DNA from: a virus
Length of the DNA: 64,000 nucleotides
Virus record (IMG/VR): IMGVR_UViG_3300027754_005427
Coordinates: 22,927 to 86,926 of that record
Direction: 5' to 3' (one strand)
Made by a program: the position numbers and the translations under genes
In this document: piece by piece, positions 46,623-59,875 of the stretch
Layout of the letters: each line of letters begins with the position of its first letter
Position numbering within the stretch: position 1 is the first letter of the stretch
Notes under the pieces: generated by a model
The model's database searches: none
What the model was told of the DNA's origin: nothing
What the model saw: only the letters and a program-made list of their open reading frames with translations

Positions 46623-47723
46623 CTACAAACTACTCTCTTCTAAATTTACCAACATTTGTTCTCTAACGGAAAGCAATCCTAAAGCCATTTTCAATTTAAC
46701 TTTCAAATCTGCATTTTCTTTTTCTAATTCTTTGGTCACAGTTTGTGACCTTATAGTTTTTGCCCTTATAATTTCTGTATTATAAATTGCCGACCACAGC
46801 TTTTTATTCATTTCTAAATCTGGTATCTGAACTTCATCAATTCCAATATTTTTCCAATGTTGTGTCATTTCTTCTTTATGCTCTAATATCGCTTTTTCGT
46901 ATCGCTCGACTAGCATCTCCAACATCCCATGATATGATTGAAGCTCAAGATTATAACTATTGGTGGTGTCAATAAGCTTTTTAAGTTCTTCAATATATTC
47001 TCGTTGAGATTTTTGAATCTCAAGATTGCATTCGCTATTATCAAGCATAGCCCTTTCGAGTTCAACTATATATTGCTGTGGGCTTTTTCCAGCCTCACCT
47101 TCTTTTCCAAGATGTCCTACTACTCCACTTGCTGCCGTCAGTGGATGACTTGAATCCCATTCCTCCCATTCTTTGCCGATATGTCTCTCTTTGATATCAT
47201 CCCTAAATTCGCTTTGTGATGCCTCATCTCCCTTAATTTTATCTAATTCTACATTCAGTTTATTATTTCTATCTTTTTGAGATAATTCAGGATAAGCCAT
47301 CTCAAGTATTTGTGAGGCAGATTTTTCTTGGTCTGTTTTGTCTAATTCGCCCCTAAGAATTACTTTCAAAACATACGAAGAAAGAATTGAATCGACAAGA
47401 TGAAATACACCTACAAGTTCAGCTGTATAAACAGAGTTGCCAAAATATCGTTGCAAACCCATCAAAATAATTTTATCAAAATGCTTCATCGGCAATTCTA
47501 TTGAAACTAAAGACGCAGGTTCCGTCATCTCAGACCATGCCTTCACAACAATTATTTCTTCGGAAATCCTACTACTATCTATGGACTCTATTTTGGTAAG
47601 GCACATCGTTCCTTCTTTACCAGCAGGGTGTAACTCAAGTCCATAAAGTACAATCTTATAGATGTGGAATGAATAAAGATTCATCTCTACTGAGACATAC
47701 ATCGGCTCTTCTTCAGTTATCAT
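46623..47723 (-). CDS. Hypothetical protein with C-terminal coiled coil
   Basis: 366 aa ORF with duplicated QxYIxELxxxxDxxxxxNLExQ heptads. Confidence 0.65.
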   Translation of the reverse strand: MITEEEPMYVSVEMNLYSFHIYKIVLYGLELHPAGKEGTMCLTKIESIDSSRISEEIIVVKAWSEMTEPASLVSIELPMKHFDKIILMGLQRYFGNSVYTAELVGVFHLVDSILSSYVLKVILRGELDKTDQEKSASQILEMAYPELSQKDRNNKLNVELDKIKGDEASQSEFRDDIKERHIGKEWEEWDSSHPLTAASGVVGHLGKEGEAGKSPQQYIVELERAMLDNSECNLEIQKSQREYIEELKKLIDTTNSYNLELQSYHGMLEMLVERYEKAILEHKEEMTQHWKNIGIDEVQIPDLEMNKKLWSAIYNTEIIRAKTIRSQTVTKELEKENADLKVKLKMALGLLSVREQMLVNLEESSL

Positions 47724-47912
47724 AATTTTTATCTTCCATCATAAAATAATCTACAATCAAAGGAACACCAATTTGCAACACGAAAATCATTGCTATTATC
47801 AAAAACAAAATATAATATTCGTTTTTCATCAATTTTTCAATTTCACAAGAGAGACAAAACAAAAAATAAAAAAAACTAAATTGAAAATCAGAATAGTTGT
47901 AATAAGACTTTA

Positions 47913-49334
47913 TCATTTTAAAATTTTCTTGTCAAATAATATCTTCTTCAATTTTTCCAATGGTGCTTTCCAACATCTTGGCTTTTCTTGTCGTAAAAGT
48001 GTCACATTATCACCATACCAAGGAGATTTATCGCCACTATGACTCCAAACATAATAAGCGGAAATCGGAACCATTACGAACACTTCTTTGCCACTTGCAG
48101 CACAAAGATGTGCAATACTTGTGCAACTCGTAATTATAAAATCAAGACTTTGAATGAATCCTAAAGTCTCTTGAAACGAATCCATTTTTTCAGATAAATC
48201 AATCAAATTAGGGAAGTCCTTGATTTCCTCAAGCCCATTATCTCGTTGCAGACTATAGAATGTTCCATCAACATCTTTTAATACTTCATATAAATCTTTT
48301 ACTTTAAAACTTCTGTGCAAATCATGATCATAAGCAGGGCAACCCTGCCATCTAATGCCTATTTTTGGAGACTTTCCATCTAACTTGCACTTATCATCGT
48401 ATTCTTTAGAAGATGAGATGTAAGGCTTATCCCATAGGTCTTTATATTCAAGATTTAGATATATAGGAAGATGCATTGAATATGTCCATTTTAAGTCTGG
48501 AATATCCTTCAATTCTTCCAAATTCGTAATCACAGGGAATCCACTGTTTTTAAATATATCAAGAAGTCCTTTTCTTTCATTCTTCCATTCTTCTTTATGC
48601 CAAACTGCATACCAATAAGCATTTATTCCTCTTCCCTTGAGATGCTGCATGAATCTTATATTGATAATTTCATCTCCGCTTCCAGCTTCTGCGTAAATTA
48701 CCAAGTTTTTCACATCTGGAGAACCTTCCCAGAAAGGAAGATTTAATTTCTTGTTTCTTGAAAATATTGTTTCTGTATTCCACAAACGCATCTTTGCACC
48801 ATCGAGAATAAAGTGCCTTAATCCTTCTTGGAATTTATCTCTATAAAGGTAATATGTTCCAAGATTAAACTTTATTTTGAGTGCAGTTTCTTCTGGGAGT
48901 TCTTTATAATTTGCAAGTACATGGTGCAATATTTCTTCAGCTTCTGTTTTCCTGTTTGAAAGGAATAGAGCATATGCTTTTTCCAGTTGCAAATCATAGT
49001 CCATTGGAATAAGTTTTTCGTTAGCATTTATGTAATTTAATGCTTTTTCTGGATAATTTGCGTGGTTGTAAACATTTATAAGATTAAATCTAGTCATGTA
49101 CATCAGTTGTGGACTGTGTGCGTTTACAAGTGCCTTCTCACCATGCTTTATAGCTTCTTCATAATGTTGAAGTTTAAAATAACATTTACTAATATTGTCT
49201 TGTTGCTCAAACGAAAAAGCGTTTTTAGCAAACACATCAAGCACTTGTTTGGCAAGACTCTTTGCACCTAAATTTTTAAGTGTCATTACGAATGGCTCAA
49301 GATCATTAACGCCAACATTTTCTTCTTTTTTCAT
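47913..49334 (-). CDS. TPR plus GT9-like glycosyltransferase
   Basis: N-terminal TPRs; EAGSGDEI, KIGIRWQG.P, YSLQR, LDFIITSCTSIAHL, SPWY...RQ. Confidence 0.85.
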   Translation of the reverse strand: MKKEENVGVNDLEPFVMTLKNLGAKSLAKQVLDVFAKNAFSFEQQDNISKCYFKLQHYEEAIKHGEKALVNAHSPQLMYMTRFNLINVYNHANYPEKALNYINANEKLIPMDYDLQLEKAYALFLSNRKTEAEEILHHVLANYKELPEETALKIKFNLGTYYLYRDKFQEGLRHFILDGAKMRLWNTETIFSRNKKLNLPFWEGSPDVKNLVIYAEAGSGDEIINIRFMQHLKGRGINAYWYAVWHKEEWKNERKGLLDIFKNSGFPVITNLEELKDIPDLKWTYSMHLPIYLNLEYKDLWDKPYISSSKEYDDKCKLDGKSPKIGIRWQGCPAYDHDLHRSFKVKDLYEVLKDVDGTFYSLQRDNGLEEIKDFPNLIDLSEKMDSFQETLGFIQSLDFIITSCTSIAHLCAASGKEVFVMVPISAYYVWSHSGDKSPWYGDNVTLLRQEKPRCWKAPLEKLKKILFDKKILK

Positions 49335-49337
49335 GTG

Positions 49338-49880
49338 TTATTCCTTTATAACGATTAATTTGATAAAAACATCTTGATAAACATTTACAAGGTGTTCTGC
49401 GTATCTTGCGATTTCTTCATACTTACCTTCAGCTTCAAGCTGTGCATAGTCTGCATGGATTGAATAGTTGTAATCTAATACCTCAAAATCAACATTGTGA
49501 GTAATTGCATGTCCAGAAGAAGACCCATAGGTTTCTTGATGCCAAAGGCAGTATTTTTTACTGAACTGTTTGAACATCTCAACAGTTAAAGCACGACAGT
49601 GGGTATAATCCCCGAAGAAGTTTCTTGCGAAGTGGTGTGGGAAAGCTATGTCTACTACTGCACCATTTTTGCATACTCTATAAATTTCTTTTATGACATG
49701 ACCCAAATCGTGTATATGTTCTAGGATGTGGTGTGCTTTTACTTCCTCCACTGTGCTGTCTTCGAATGGAAGTTTTTCTGTTTCTAGGTTGTGGAGGTAT
49801 TCTGGTTTGGTGTTTGGATCTGCATCTACATTTACGAATCCCTCAAATCTTTTTAGTCCACCGCCAATATTGATCTTCAT
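49338..49880 (-). CDS. Methyltransferase type 11-like
   Basis: INIGGG...NVD, LPFEDSTV, HILEHI, EIYRVCKNG, DYTH. Confidence 0.85.
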   Translation of the reverse strand: MKINIGGGLKRFEGFVNVDADPNTKPEYLHNLETEKLPFEDSTVEEVKAHHILEHIHDLGHVIKEIYRVCKNGAVVDIAFPHHFARNFFGDYTHCRALTVEMFKQFSKKYCLWHQETYGSSSGHAITHNVDFEVLDYNYSIHADYAQLEAEGKYEEIARYAEHLVNVYQDVFIKLIVIKE

Positions 49881-49969
49881 ATTTGTCCTTGTTGTAATGA
49901 CTAATTCTTTTGTAATTGTCCTTGTTATTATTATAAGATAGGAGGCTTGATTTTAGCAAATTTATTTCC

Positions 49970-50037
49970 ATATGTTAGGCAGACTGAGATATGGATTGGA
50001 TTTGCGTCTATATGTTAGGCAGACTGAGATATGGATT
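49970..50037. repeat. Intergenic 28-bp direct repeat x2, 40-bp period
   Basis: ATATGTTAGGCAGACTGAGATATGGATT at 49970-49997 and 50010-50037. Confidence 0.9.
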
Positions 50038-50443
50038 ATGTGGTTTTTTCTTTTATGAATTCATCTGGTCCATTTATGAAGATTTTGCCGTCATATTGGA
50101 TTATTGCTGGGCAGTTGTGTGTTTGGCAGAATGTTTGGATTTCTATTAAGACATTATCATCCATTTTAGTTCCCATTTCGATAGCTCTGAGAAATTGACC
50201 TTTGCTCCAGTTTTCTACTGATATGATGACTTTTGATTTTTCTGGTTTGAGGTTTTCTGAGAAAAGACCTTGGAGCCAAGCACACTGGTAGGTTTTGCAG
50301 ACTTCTGGTCTGGTTTCGTATATTGAGCAATTTCCTTTAAGGAAATGGCATGGTTTTCCTCCGCCAAATTCGTGGCTGTAGGATTTTCCTTTTAGCCAGA
50401 CACAACAGGCATTGCAATCTCCACATTCTCTATTAATAGTCAT
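50036..50443 (-). CDS. YkgJ/CxxCxxCC Fe-S or Zn cluster protein; start at ATG 50443
   Basis: ECGDCNACC...PCHFL...CSIYETRPEVC..YQC.W. Confidence 0.82.
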   Translation of the reverse strand: MTINRECGDCNACCVWLKGKSYSHEFGGGKPCHFLKGNCSIYETRPEVCKTYQCAWLQGLFSENLKPEKSKVIISVENWSKGQFLRAIEMGTKMDDNVLIEIQTFCQTHNCPAIIQYDGKIFINGPDEFIKEKTT

Positions 50444-51602
50444 CTTGATATTGTATCGCTGCTGTAAAATACATGTTACCAGTAGTTTTTTGCCAGTTTG
50501 TTCCATACATTATAGTTTGAACTGGTGATGATTTGTCGACTGATGTGTTGTCGCCTAATTGTCCACTAAAATTCCTTCCCCAAACCCACAAAGTTCCGTC
50601 TGTCTTTATTGCTGTGGTTGCAGATCCACAAGAAACTTGTTTCCATGTTTTTCCAAATGCAACTGTCTGCACTGGAGAACTTCTGTATAATGTAGTATTA
50701 TCTCCTAGTTTACCATAAGAATTATCTCCCCAAAGCCACAAAGTTCCGTCTGTTTTAACGGCTGCTGTGTGTTCATATCCAGAAGAAACTTGTTTCCATG
50801 TTGTTCCACCTGAAATTGTTTGAACTGGTGATGACTTGCTTATAATTGTATTGTCACCTAATTGACCACTTGTATTTTTACCCCAAGTCCACAAAGTACC
50901 ATCTGTTTTTATTGCTGCTGTACTGTTAATACCAGCAGAAACTTGTTTCCAATTATTTGCAAAAGTAATTGTTTGAACTGGTGATGATTTGCTTACAGTA
51001 CTATTATCGCCCAATTGACCGTAAGGATAATTTGTTCCCCAACACCACAATGTACCATCTGTCTTTATAGCTGTTACATTAGAGGTTCCACAAGCAACTT
51101 GTTTCCAGTTTGTACCAAAGGTACATGTTTGAACTGGTGACGATCTATTTGTTGCTGTGTTGTCGCCAATAGTACCACTAAAATTAGCACCCCAACACCA
51201 AAGTGTACCATCTGTCTTTATTGCTGCTGTTGATGCATCCGCACATGAAACTTCTTTCCAGTTTGTAGCAAATGTAATAGTTTGAACTGGTGATTGCTTG
51301 TTTACACTTGTATTGTCACCAAGATTTCCGTTGGTGTTGTCTCCCCAACACCACAAAGTACCGTCTGTCTTTATCGCTGCTGTGAAAAACTGACTAGAAG
51401 AAATTTCTTTCCAGTTTGACCCAAACGCAACTGTTTGTACTGGTGAACTTTTTCTTGCAACTGTATTGTCGCCAAGCTGACCTTGAGTATTATATCCCCA
51501 AGACCACAGATTCCCGCTTTTAAAGTAATCAGCACGAACATAATAGTCTTCAAAATCTACTATAATATTATCGGCATTCTTGAATCTAAATGGTGTTGAC
51601 AT
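50433..51602 (-). CDS. RCC1/BLIP-II-like beta-propeller protein
   Basis: Seven repeats of [20 protein letters not shown]...[14 protein letters not shown]. Confidence 0.9.
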   Translation of the reverse strand: MSTPFRFKNADNIIVDFEDYYVRADYFKSGNLWSWGYNTQGQLGDNTVARKSSPVQTVAFGSNWKEISSSQFFTAAIKTDGTLWCWGDNTNGNLGDNTSVNKQSPVQTITFATNWKEVSCADASTAAIKTDGTLWCWGANFSGTIGDNTATNRSSPVQTCTFGTNWKQVACGTSNVTAIKTDGTLWCWGTNYPYGQLGDNSTVSKSSPVQTITFANNWKQVSAGINSTAAIKTDGTLWTWGKNTSGQLGDNTIISKSSPVQTISGGTTWKQVSSGYEHTAAVKTDGTLWLWGDNSYGKLGDNTTLYRSSPVQTVAFGKTWKQVSCGSATTAIKTDGTLWVWGRNFSGQLGDNTSVDKSSPVQTIMYGTNWQKTTGNMYFTAAIQYQDDY

Positions 51603-52089
51603 GTGCCTCCAGATAGAAAACCTTCACAAGATTTTTGGAAATTGAGTGCCACAAAAAAGGCTTGAACATTACCATATCACCAGCGTTAAGTTCAAATGTA
51701 GCTGAGTCATTCCAATTTTCTTTATTGAAGCAGTTTTCTTTTATAAATCCTTGTAGTTCTTCTTGTACTTGCATGACATTCGAGTAGTTCTTTTCCTTGT
51801 GTCTATGCAATTTAAATGTAGTCTTCTCAAGTGGTATTATGCAAACCCAAAGGCTATTATGGTTAAAACTTTCAAAGTGTATGTTATCAAATGTTTTTCT
51901 CAGGATTCCAGATTCCTTCGTGATGGTAATTTCTTGATTGAGGATTTCACCAAATACTTTATGTAAGTTTTCTGGTATTAAATTAAAATCTATGACTTCC
52001 TCACCATATGTGTTTTCTTTGAATTGGAGATCTTTTACCACTTCATATAGATTTTGCGTATTATAAAAATTTTCTATCTGTATAATCAA
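51586..52089 (-). CDS. Degenerate 2OG-Fe(II) oxygenase-fold (DUF6445-like) protein
   Basis: IQIENFY, IHFE, MVMFKPFLWHS; double-stranded beta-helix-like pattern. Confidence 0.5.
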   Translation of the reverse strand: MIIQIENFYNTQNLYEVVKDLQFKENTYGEEVIDFNLIPENLHKVFGEILNQEITITKESGILRKTFDNIHFESFNHNSLWVCIIPLEKTTFKLHRHKEKNYSNVMQVQEELQGFIKENCFNKENWNDSATFELNAGDMVMFKPFLWHSISKNLVKVFYLEAHVNTI

Positions 52090-53294
52090 AAGTCACCGTC
52101 CTTTATGACTGCTGCGTGATAGCCTCCACAAGCAACTTGTTTCCAATTTGTACCATATGCTGTTGTTTGAACTGGCGATGATCTATTTATAATTGTGTTG
52201 TCACCTAATTGACCGTAAGGAGTATTTACTCCCCAATTCCACAAAGTACCATCTGTTTTTATTGCTGCTGTAAATTTATAACCAGCAGAGACTTGTTTCC
52301 AGTTTGTGCCAAATGCAATTGTTTGAACTGGTGATGATTTGCTTATAATTGTGTTGTCGCCTAATTGTCCATCTGTATTAGAACCCCAACACCATAATGT
52401 TCCATCTGTCTTTATTGCTGTTGTATGATAATAACCAGCAGAAACACTTTTCCAGTTTGTGCCAAATGTTATAGTCTGAACTGGTGAACTTTTTGATATA
52501 ACAGTATTATCGCCAAGTTCTCCTTTATCGCTATTTCCCCAAATCCATAATGTTCCATCGTTTTTTATTGCTGCTGTGGTTCTTCCACCAGCAGAAACTT
52601 GTTTCCAATTTGTGCCATAAGTAACCGTTTGCACTGGTGATGACTTGCTTATTATTGTGATGTCGCCTAATTGTCCATAAGTATTTTTACCCCAAGTCCA
52701 CAAAGTTCCATCTGTTTTTATCGCAGTAGTATAATAGCTTGAACAAGAAACCTGTTTCCAGTTTGTGCCAAATGCAACAGTTTGAACTGGTGAACTTTTT
52801 CGAACAACAGTATTATCTCCTAATTGACCGTTAGTACCATTTGCTCCCCACAACCACAAAGTACCATCTGTCTTTATTGCTGCTGTTTGATAACCAGCAG
52901 AAACTTGTTTCCAATTTGTGCCGAATGTAACAGTTTGAACTGGGGATGATTTATTTGCAGCACTATTGTCACCAAGGGCACCTGCTAAGTTATATCCAAA
53001 CATCCACAGAGTTCCGTCTGTCTTTATCGCTGCTGTATGAAGATTTCCACAAGCAAAACTTTTCCAGTTTGCACCACTAGCAATAGTTTGAACTGGATTT
53101 GAATTGTCTATAATTGTATTGTTACCCAATTCGCCATAACCATTATATCCCCAAGTCATCAACATGGGAGTATTAAACTGGTTCATTATATTTGGGTATA
53201 CGGAAATAAGGTAATCCTTCTCGATCAGGGTTTTGCCAAGATCGACACCTTTCTCATCTATAAATCTAGTTGTAATACTTCCAGTAACTGCCAT
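52086..53294 (-). CDS. RCC1/BLIP-II-like beta-propeller protein
   Basis: Seven RCC1-type repeats after a short N-terminal segment. Confidence 0.9.
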   Translation of the reverse strand: MAVTGSITTRFIDEKGVDLGKTLIEKDYLISVYPNIMNQFNTPMLMTWGYNGYGELGNNTIIDNSNPVQTIASGANWKSFACGNLHTAAIKTDGTLWMFGYNLAGALGDNSAANKSSPVQTVTFGTNWKQVSAGYQTAAIKTDGTLWLWGANGTNGQLGDNTVVRKSSPVQTVAFGTNWKQVSCSSYYTTAIKTDGTLWTWGKNTYGQLGDITIISKSSPVQTVTYGTNWKQVSAGGRTTAAIKNDGTLWIWGNSDKGELGDNTVISKSSPVQTITFGTNWKSVSAGYYHTTAIKTDGTLWCWGSNTDGQLGDNTIISKSSPVQTIAFGTNWKQVSAGYKFTAAIKTDGTLWNWGVNTPYGQLGDNTIINRSSPVQTTAYGTNWKQVACGGYHAAVIKDGDF

Positions 53295-53295
53295 A

Positions 53296-53952
53296 TTATC
53301 CTTCTGGTGTTGGAGTAGGGCTAGACACTACTTCTTTTAATATTATAGTGTCAATTGAAATATGATCTGCTGCGTTTTCTATTTCGTTTAATTTTGTAAA
53401 TTCCCAATCGAAAGCAGCTTGAACAACCTTGTCTATTTCTGAGATGATTATTTCTAAATCAGACTTCGTAATTTCTATCCAAGTCTGTGGAAATTTCCAG
53501 TGTGCAGTAAGATCGCCTATCGTCAATATTTTTGACGCATATACAGCACGACTTTCCCTGTCTGTACTAACTGTTACTTCTTGTCCTTTAAGGGTTATAT
53601 TTATGTCTTTTATTTCCCTAAATCTTCTTTCTAAAGATAGTTGTTGTTTCAAATTAGCTTTTGCTATTTGTAGTATAAGAGGCTTTACTTCATAGTTTGC
53701 TATTGCAAAATCTTCTGTTATTTCCCAGTTAGGCCCAGTCAATTCCTCTATCTTTGGGTTGTATTCTGGTTTTATTTCCCTTACTTGGAATATCTTTGTT
53801 TCTTCGTTTATAGTCCATGGAACATTTGCTTCGTCTGGGAAATGAACCTTGATGTCTAGCTCAAGCTCCTCTTGGAGAATTGAACTGATCATCCTTGGAT
53901 TCCATTTCAATAAAGTTTGAATTATATTTCCGTTGTTTATTATTGCGTACAT
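53296..53952 (-). CDS. DUF4376-like tail-fibre-associated protein
   Basis: V.TDRESR...HWKF...WIE..K.DL..I...I...VQAAFDWE. Confidence 0.7.
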   Translation of the reverse strand: MYAIINNGNIIQTLLKWNPRMISSILQEELELDIKVHFPDEANVPWTINEETKIFQVREIKPEYNPKIEELTGPNWEITEDFAIANYEVKPLILQIAKANLKQQLSLERRFREIKDINITLKGQEVTVSTDRESRAVYASKILTIGDLTAHWKFPQTWIEITKSDLEIIISEIDKVVQAAFDWEFTKLNEIENAADHISIDTIILKEVVSSPTPTPEG

Positions 53953-53955
53953 ATT

Positions 53956-55136
53956 TTATATATCTCCATTTGTTACTGCTACTGTGTGATAACCCCCACA
54001 AGAAACTTGTTTCCAATTTGTGCCATATGCTGTTGTTTGAACTGGCGATGATCTACTTGCTGTTGTATTGTCGCCTAATTGACCGTTATTGGTATTTGCT
54101 CCCCAATTCCACAAAGTGCCATCTGTTTTTATTGCTGCTGTAAATTTATAACCAGCAGAAACTTGTTTCCAGCTTGTACCAAATGCAATTGTTTGAACTG
54201 GCGATGATTTGCTTACAATAGTATTGTCGCCTAATTGTCCATCTGTATTAGAACCCCAACACCATAATGTTCCATCTGTCTTTATTGCTGTTGTATGATA
54301 ATAACCAGCGGAAACCTGTTTCCAGTTTGTTCCAAATGTTATTGTCTGAATCGGTGAACTTTTTCTATTGTTTCCTGATACATAACTTAGATTATCGCCA
54401 AGTTCTCCTTTATCACCATCACCCCAAATCCATAATGTTCCATCGTTTTTTATTGCTGCTGTGGTTCTTCCACCAGCAGAAACACTTTTCCAATTTGTGC
54501 CATAGGCAACAGTTTGCACTGGCGATGATTTATTTGCTACTGTATTTATGCCCAATTGTGCATAATTATTTCTTCCCCAAGTCCACAAAGTTCCATCTGT
54601 TTTTATAGCTGCACAATGGTAAAATCCAGAAGAAACTTGTTTCCAGTTTGTGCCAAATGCAACTGTTTGTACTGGTGAGCTTTTTGGTGCAACAGTATTG
54701 TCGCCAAGCTGACCAAAGGTGACATTCGGCCCCCAAGTCCACAATGTTCCATCTGTCTTAATCGCTGCTGTATAATAACCGCTAGAAACTTGCTTCCAAT
54801 TTGTGCCAAATGCAATTGTCTGGACAGGTGATGATCTATTTATAATTGTGCTGTCGCCTAACTGTCCATTAGCATTTTGCCCCCAAGCCCACAAAGTACC
54901 GTCTGTTTTAATTCCAACTGTATGAGTATTAATACTGCCAGAAATTTGCTTCCAATTTATTCCGCCAGCTACTGTCTGAACTGGATTTGACTTGTTTGCA
55001 ATTGTATTGTCACCAAGCTGACCCACACCATTATATCCCCAAGTAAAAAGTGTATTACCAACGAATTGGTCAAGAAGCCAAGCGTCAGAAACGAAAGCGT
55101 TTTTAAGGTCGCCATCAGGACCAGAAATGAAAGCCA

Positions 55137-55137
<1 letters not shown>
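53956..55137 (-). CDS. RCC1/BLIP-II-like beta-propeller protein
   Basis: Seven RCC1-type repeats; last three blades nearly identical to 52086..53294. Confidence 0.9.
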
Positions 55138-57742
<2,605 letters not shown>

Positions 57743-57918
57743 TCTATGTATTAAATTTAATCTTTATTTATTTATTATTTATTATTTATTATTATAATCA
57801 TTGTAATTAAATTTTAAAATTGTATCAGGAGATTGACTTTAAAATAATTAAAAACAATATCTTTTTTTATAAAGATTATTATGCATAATTTTCAAATAAA
57901 AAAGACAATACTTAGTGT

Positions 57919-58482
57919 TTAAATTATAACACCTACAACTCCAACCTCCGTAGCATTTTCTACCGCTTTTCTTTTATCTGCAAATGTACCAGCTAGAATT
58001 GAACGAGCTTGTCCATATTCTAAAAGAACAGTTGTCATTTCCTCTATAGAAGAGAAAACAACAGCCGTATTTTCCATGCTAATTAAATTTGGCAAAGGAA
58101 GACCTAACGCTGCTGCTTCTTTTGCAAGAGAAAATACACCTACAAGAAGTGCTACATCAGAGGATGAAATACCTAAATGGTATCCACGACCAGAATCCCA
58201 ACCAATTTTTTCTAAAGCTGCCCATTCATTATCTATATTTTGGAATGACCATGCTTTTGCTTGAGAAAGAGGATCTGGTGCAGCAGTTGGATTATAATTC
58301 CATGCTTGATCAGAAAGATTAGATATAAATTTTCCGATTTCTGAGTCAAGTAAAACTGGCATGGTTATATTTCTTGAAACACCATCTGAATCTGTTTTTA
58401 TCAGATTTATGTTAAAGATATCCTCTGTTGCTATTCCAGAGGCATCTATTCTATTTGTCAAAATAATACTTAAACTTAACAT
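57919..58482 (-). CDS. Tail-assembly-associated protein (DUF4376-like C-terminus)
   Basis: Directly follows the tail-collar genes; paralog of 31758..32150. Confidence 0.6.
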   Translation of the reverse strand: MLSLSIILTNRIDASGIATEDIFNINLIKTDSDGVSRNITMPVLLDSEIGKFISNLSDQAWNYNPTAAPDPLSQAKAWSFQNIDNEWAALEKIGWDSGRGYHLGISSSDVALLVGVFSLAKEAAALGLPLPNLISMENTAVVFSSIEEMTTVLLEYGQARSILAGTFADKRKAVENATEVGVVGVII

Positions 58483-58491
58483 TTTTTTCTC

Positions 58492-59175
58492 CTATACTTT
58501 TATAATGAAGTTAACAACTATTGATGGTAACATAATTCCAACTGGAGTTCCACTTCCTGTGCTAGAATTCGTCACCGAATGCGTATGGTTAGCACTTTCA
58601 GTTCCTGTGGTAGTTGAATGGCTGTGATCAGCACTAACATATCCAGTATTCGGAGTTCCATTGGCACTTCTATTAGCACCATCCCTTAAACCATAGCTAC
58701 CACTTGATCCAACATTTCTCCCCCAACCATGTGTATGGTTAGCAGATGCACCGCCACTAGTGCCTGTATGTGTATGATTGGCACTTTGTGTTCCTACTGT
58801 TGCTGTGTGAGTATGAGATGGGAGATTAGTTTCCGCTAATGTTGCTGTTTCTGCTCCCACATTTGATCCTAAAGTTCTAGCTGTTAAAGAAGCACCTGTT
58901 CCAACACCGATAGGGCATCTTCCACGCATATCTGGCAAGGTGAATGTGGTGTTGGAATTACCAACACCATAGGTTGTACCAATAATCTTAAACAAGTCAC
59001 CATAAGCACTTCTGCTTACAGCATCGCCATTACATATCAACCATCCGTTTGGTGCGGTAGAACCAGCAAACAATCTTATAACTCCAATAGGAGTAATAGA
59101 TGATTGCAAGCCTTGAAAAGAACTACCTTTTGGGGAGTTAGTCGGTATCGAATTATAAGAAAAAGATCCAGCCAA
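58492..59175 (-). CDS. Phage tail-collar domain protein, paralog 3 (TTG start)
   Basis: GVIRLFAGSTAPNGWLICNG..VSR..Y..LF..IGTTYG...TFTLPDMRGR; five HxH motifs; VNFIIK. Confidence 0.9.
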   Translation of the reverse strand: MAGSFSYNSIPTNSPKGSSFQGLQSSITPIGVIRLFAGSTAPNGWLICNGDAVSRSAYGDLFKIIGTTYGVGNSNTTFTLPDMRGRCPIGVGTGASLTARTLGSNVGAETATLAETNLPSHTHTATVGTQSANHTHTGTSGGASANHTHGWGRNVGSSGSYGLRDGANRSANGTPNTGYVSADHSHSTTTGTESANHTHSVTNSSTGSGTPVGIMLPSIVVNFIIKV

Positions 59176-59183
59176 TTATTCTC

Positions 59184-59867
59184 CTATGTTTTTATAATGA
59201 AGTTTACAACTATTGATGGCGACATAATTCCAAACGCTGTTCCACTTCCAGTATTAGAATTTGTAACCGAATGTGTATGGTTAGCACTTTCATTTCCTGT
59301 GGTAGTTGAATGGGTATGATCAGCACTAATACCTCCAGTACTAGGTTGCCCCGAACTACTAGCTGTGGCTGAGTCCATTAAACCATAAGAACCCGATGTA
59401 CCAGCAGTATGAGAAAAATAGTGTGTGTGGTCTGCACTTTGTCCACCGCTTGTGCCTGTGTGTGTATGATTGGCACTTTGTGTTCCTACTGTTGCTGTGT
59501 GAGTATGAGATGGGAGATTAGTTTCCGCTAATGTTGCTGTTTCTGCTCCCACATTTGATCCTAAAGTTCTAGCGGTTAAAGAAGCACCTGTTCCAACACC
59601 GATAGGGCATCTTCCACGCATATCTGGCAAAGTAAATGTGGAGTTAGAATTACCAACACCATAAGTAGTTCCGATAATCTTAAACAAATCACTATAAGCA
59701 CTTCTGCTTACAGCATCGCCATTACAAATCAACCATCCGTTTGGTGCGGTAGAACCAGCAAACATTTCTATTATCCCAGTCGGAATAATTGGAGGTTTTA
59801 CAGATTCAAACGAACTGCCTTTCGGAAGGTTGGTCGGTATCGTGTTGTAAGAAAAAGATCCAGCCAA
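59184..59867 (-). CDS. Phage tail-collar domain protein, paralog 2 (TTG start)
   Basis: Same collar motifs and five HxH motifs; AGGAG RBS. Confidence 0.9.
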   Translation of the reverse strand: MAGSFSYNTIPTNLPKGSSFESVKPPIIPTGIIEMFAGSTAPNGWLICNGDAVSRSAYSDLFKIIGTTYGVGNSNSTFTLPDMRGRCPIGVGTGASLTARTLGSNVGAETATLAETNLPSHTHTATVGTQSANHTHTGTSGGQSADHTHYFSHTAGTSGSYGLMDSATASSSGQPSTGGISADHTHSTTTGNESANHTHSVTNSNTGSGTAFGIMSPSIVVNFIIKT

Positions 59868-59875
59868 TTATTCTC

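Noticed and set aside
49970-50037. Mini-CRISPR array
   Set aside because: Only two repeats, 12-nt gap, no palindrome and no cas genes.
57919-59867. Stop-codon recoding or TAG readthrough (TAG at 58492 is in frame with the next ATG)
   Set aside because: Equivalent TAG junctions of the other collar genes are out of frame, TAG simply overlaps the AGGAG RBS, and conserved genes are full length in the standard code.
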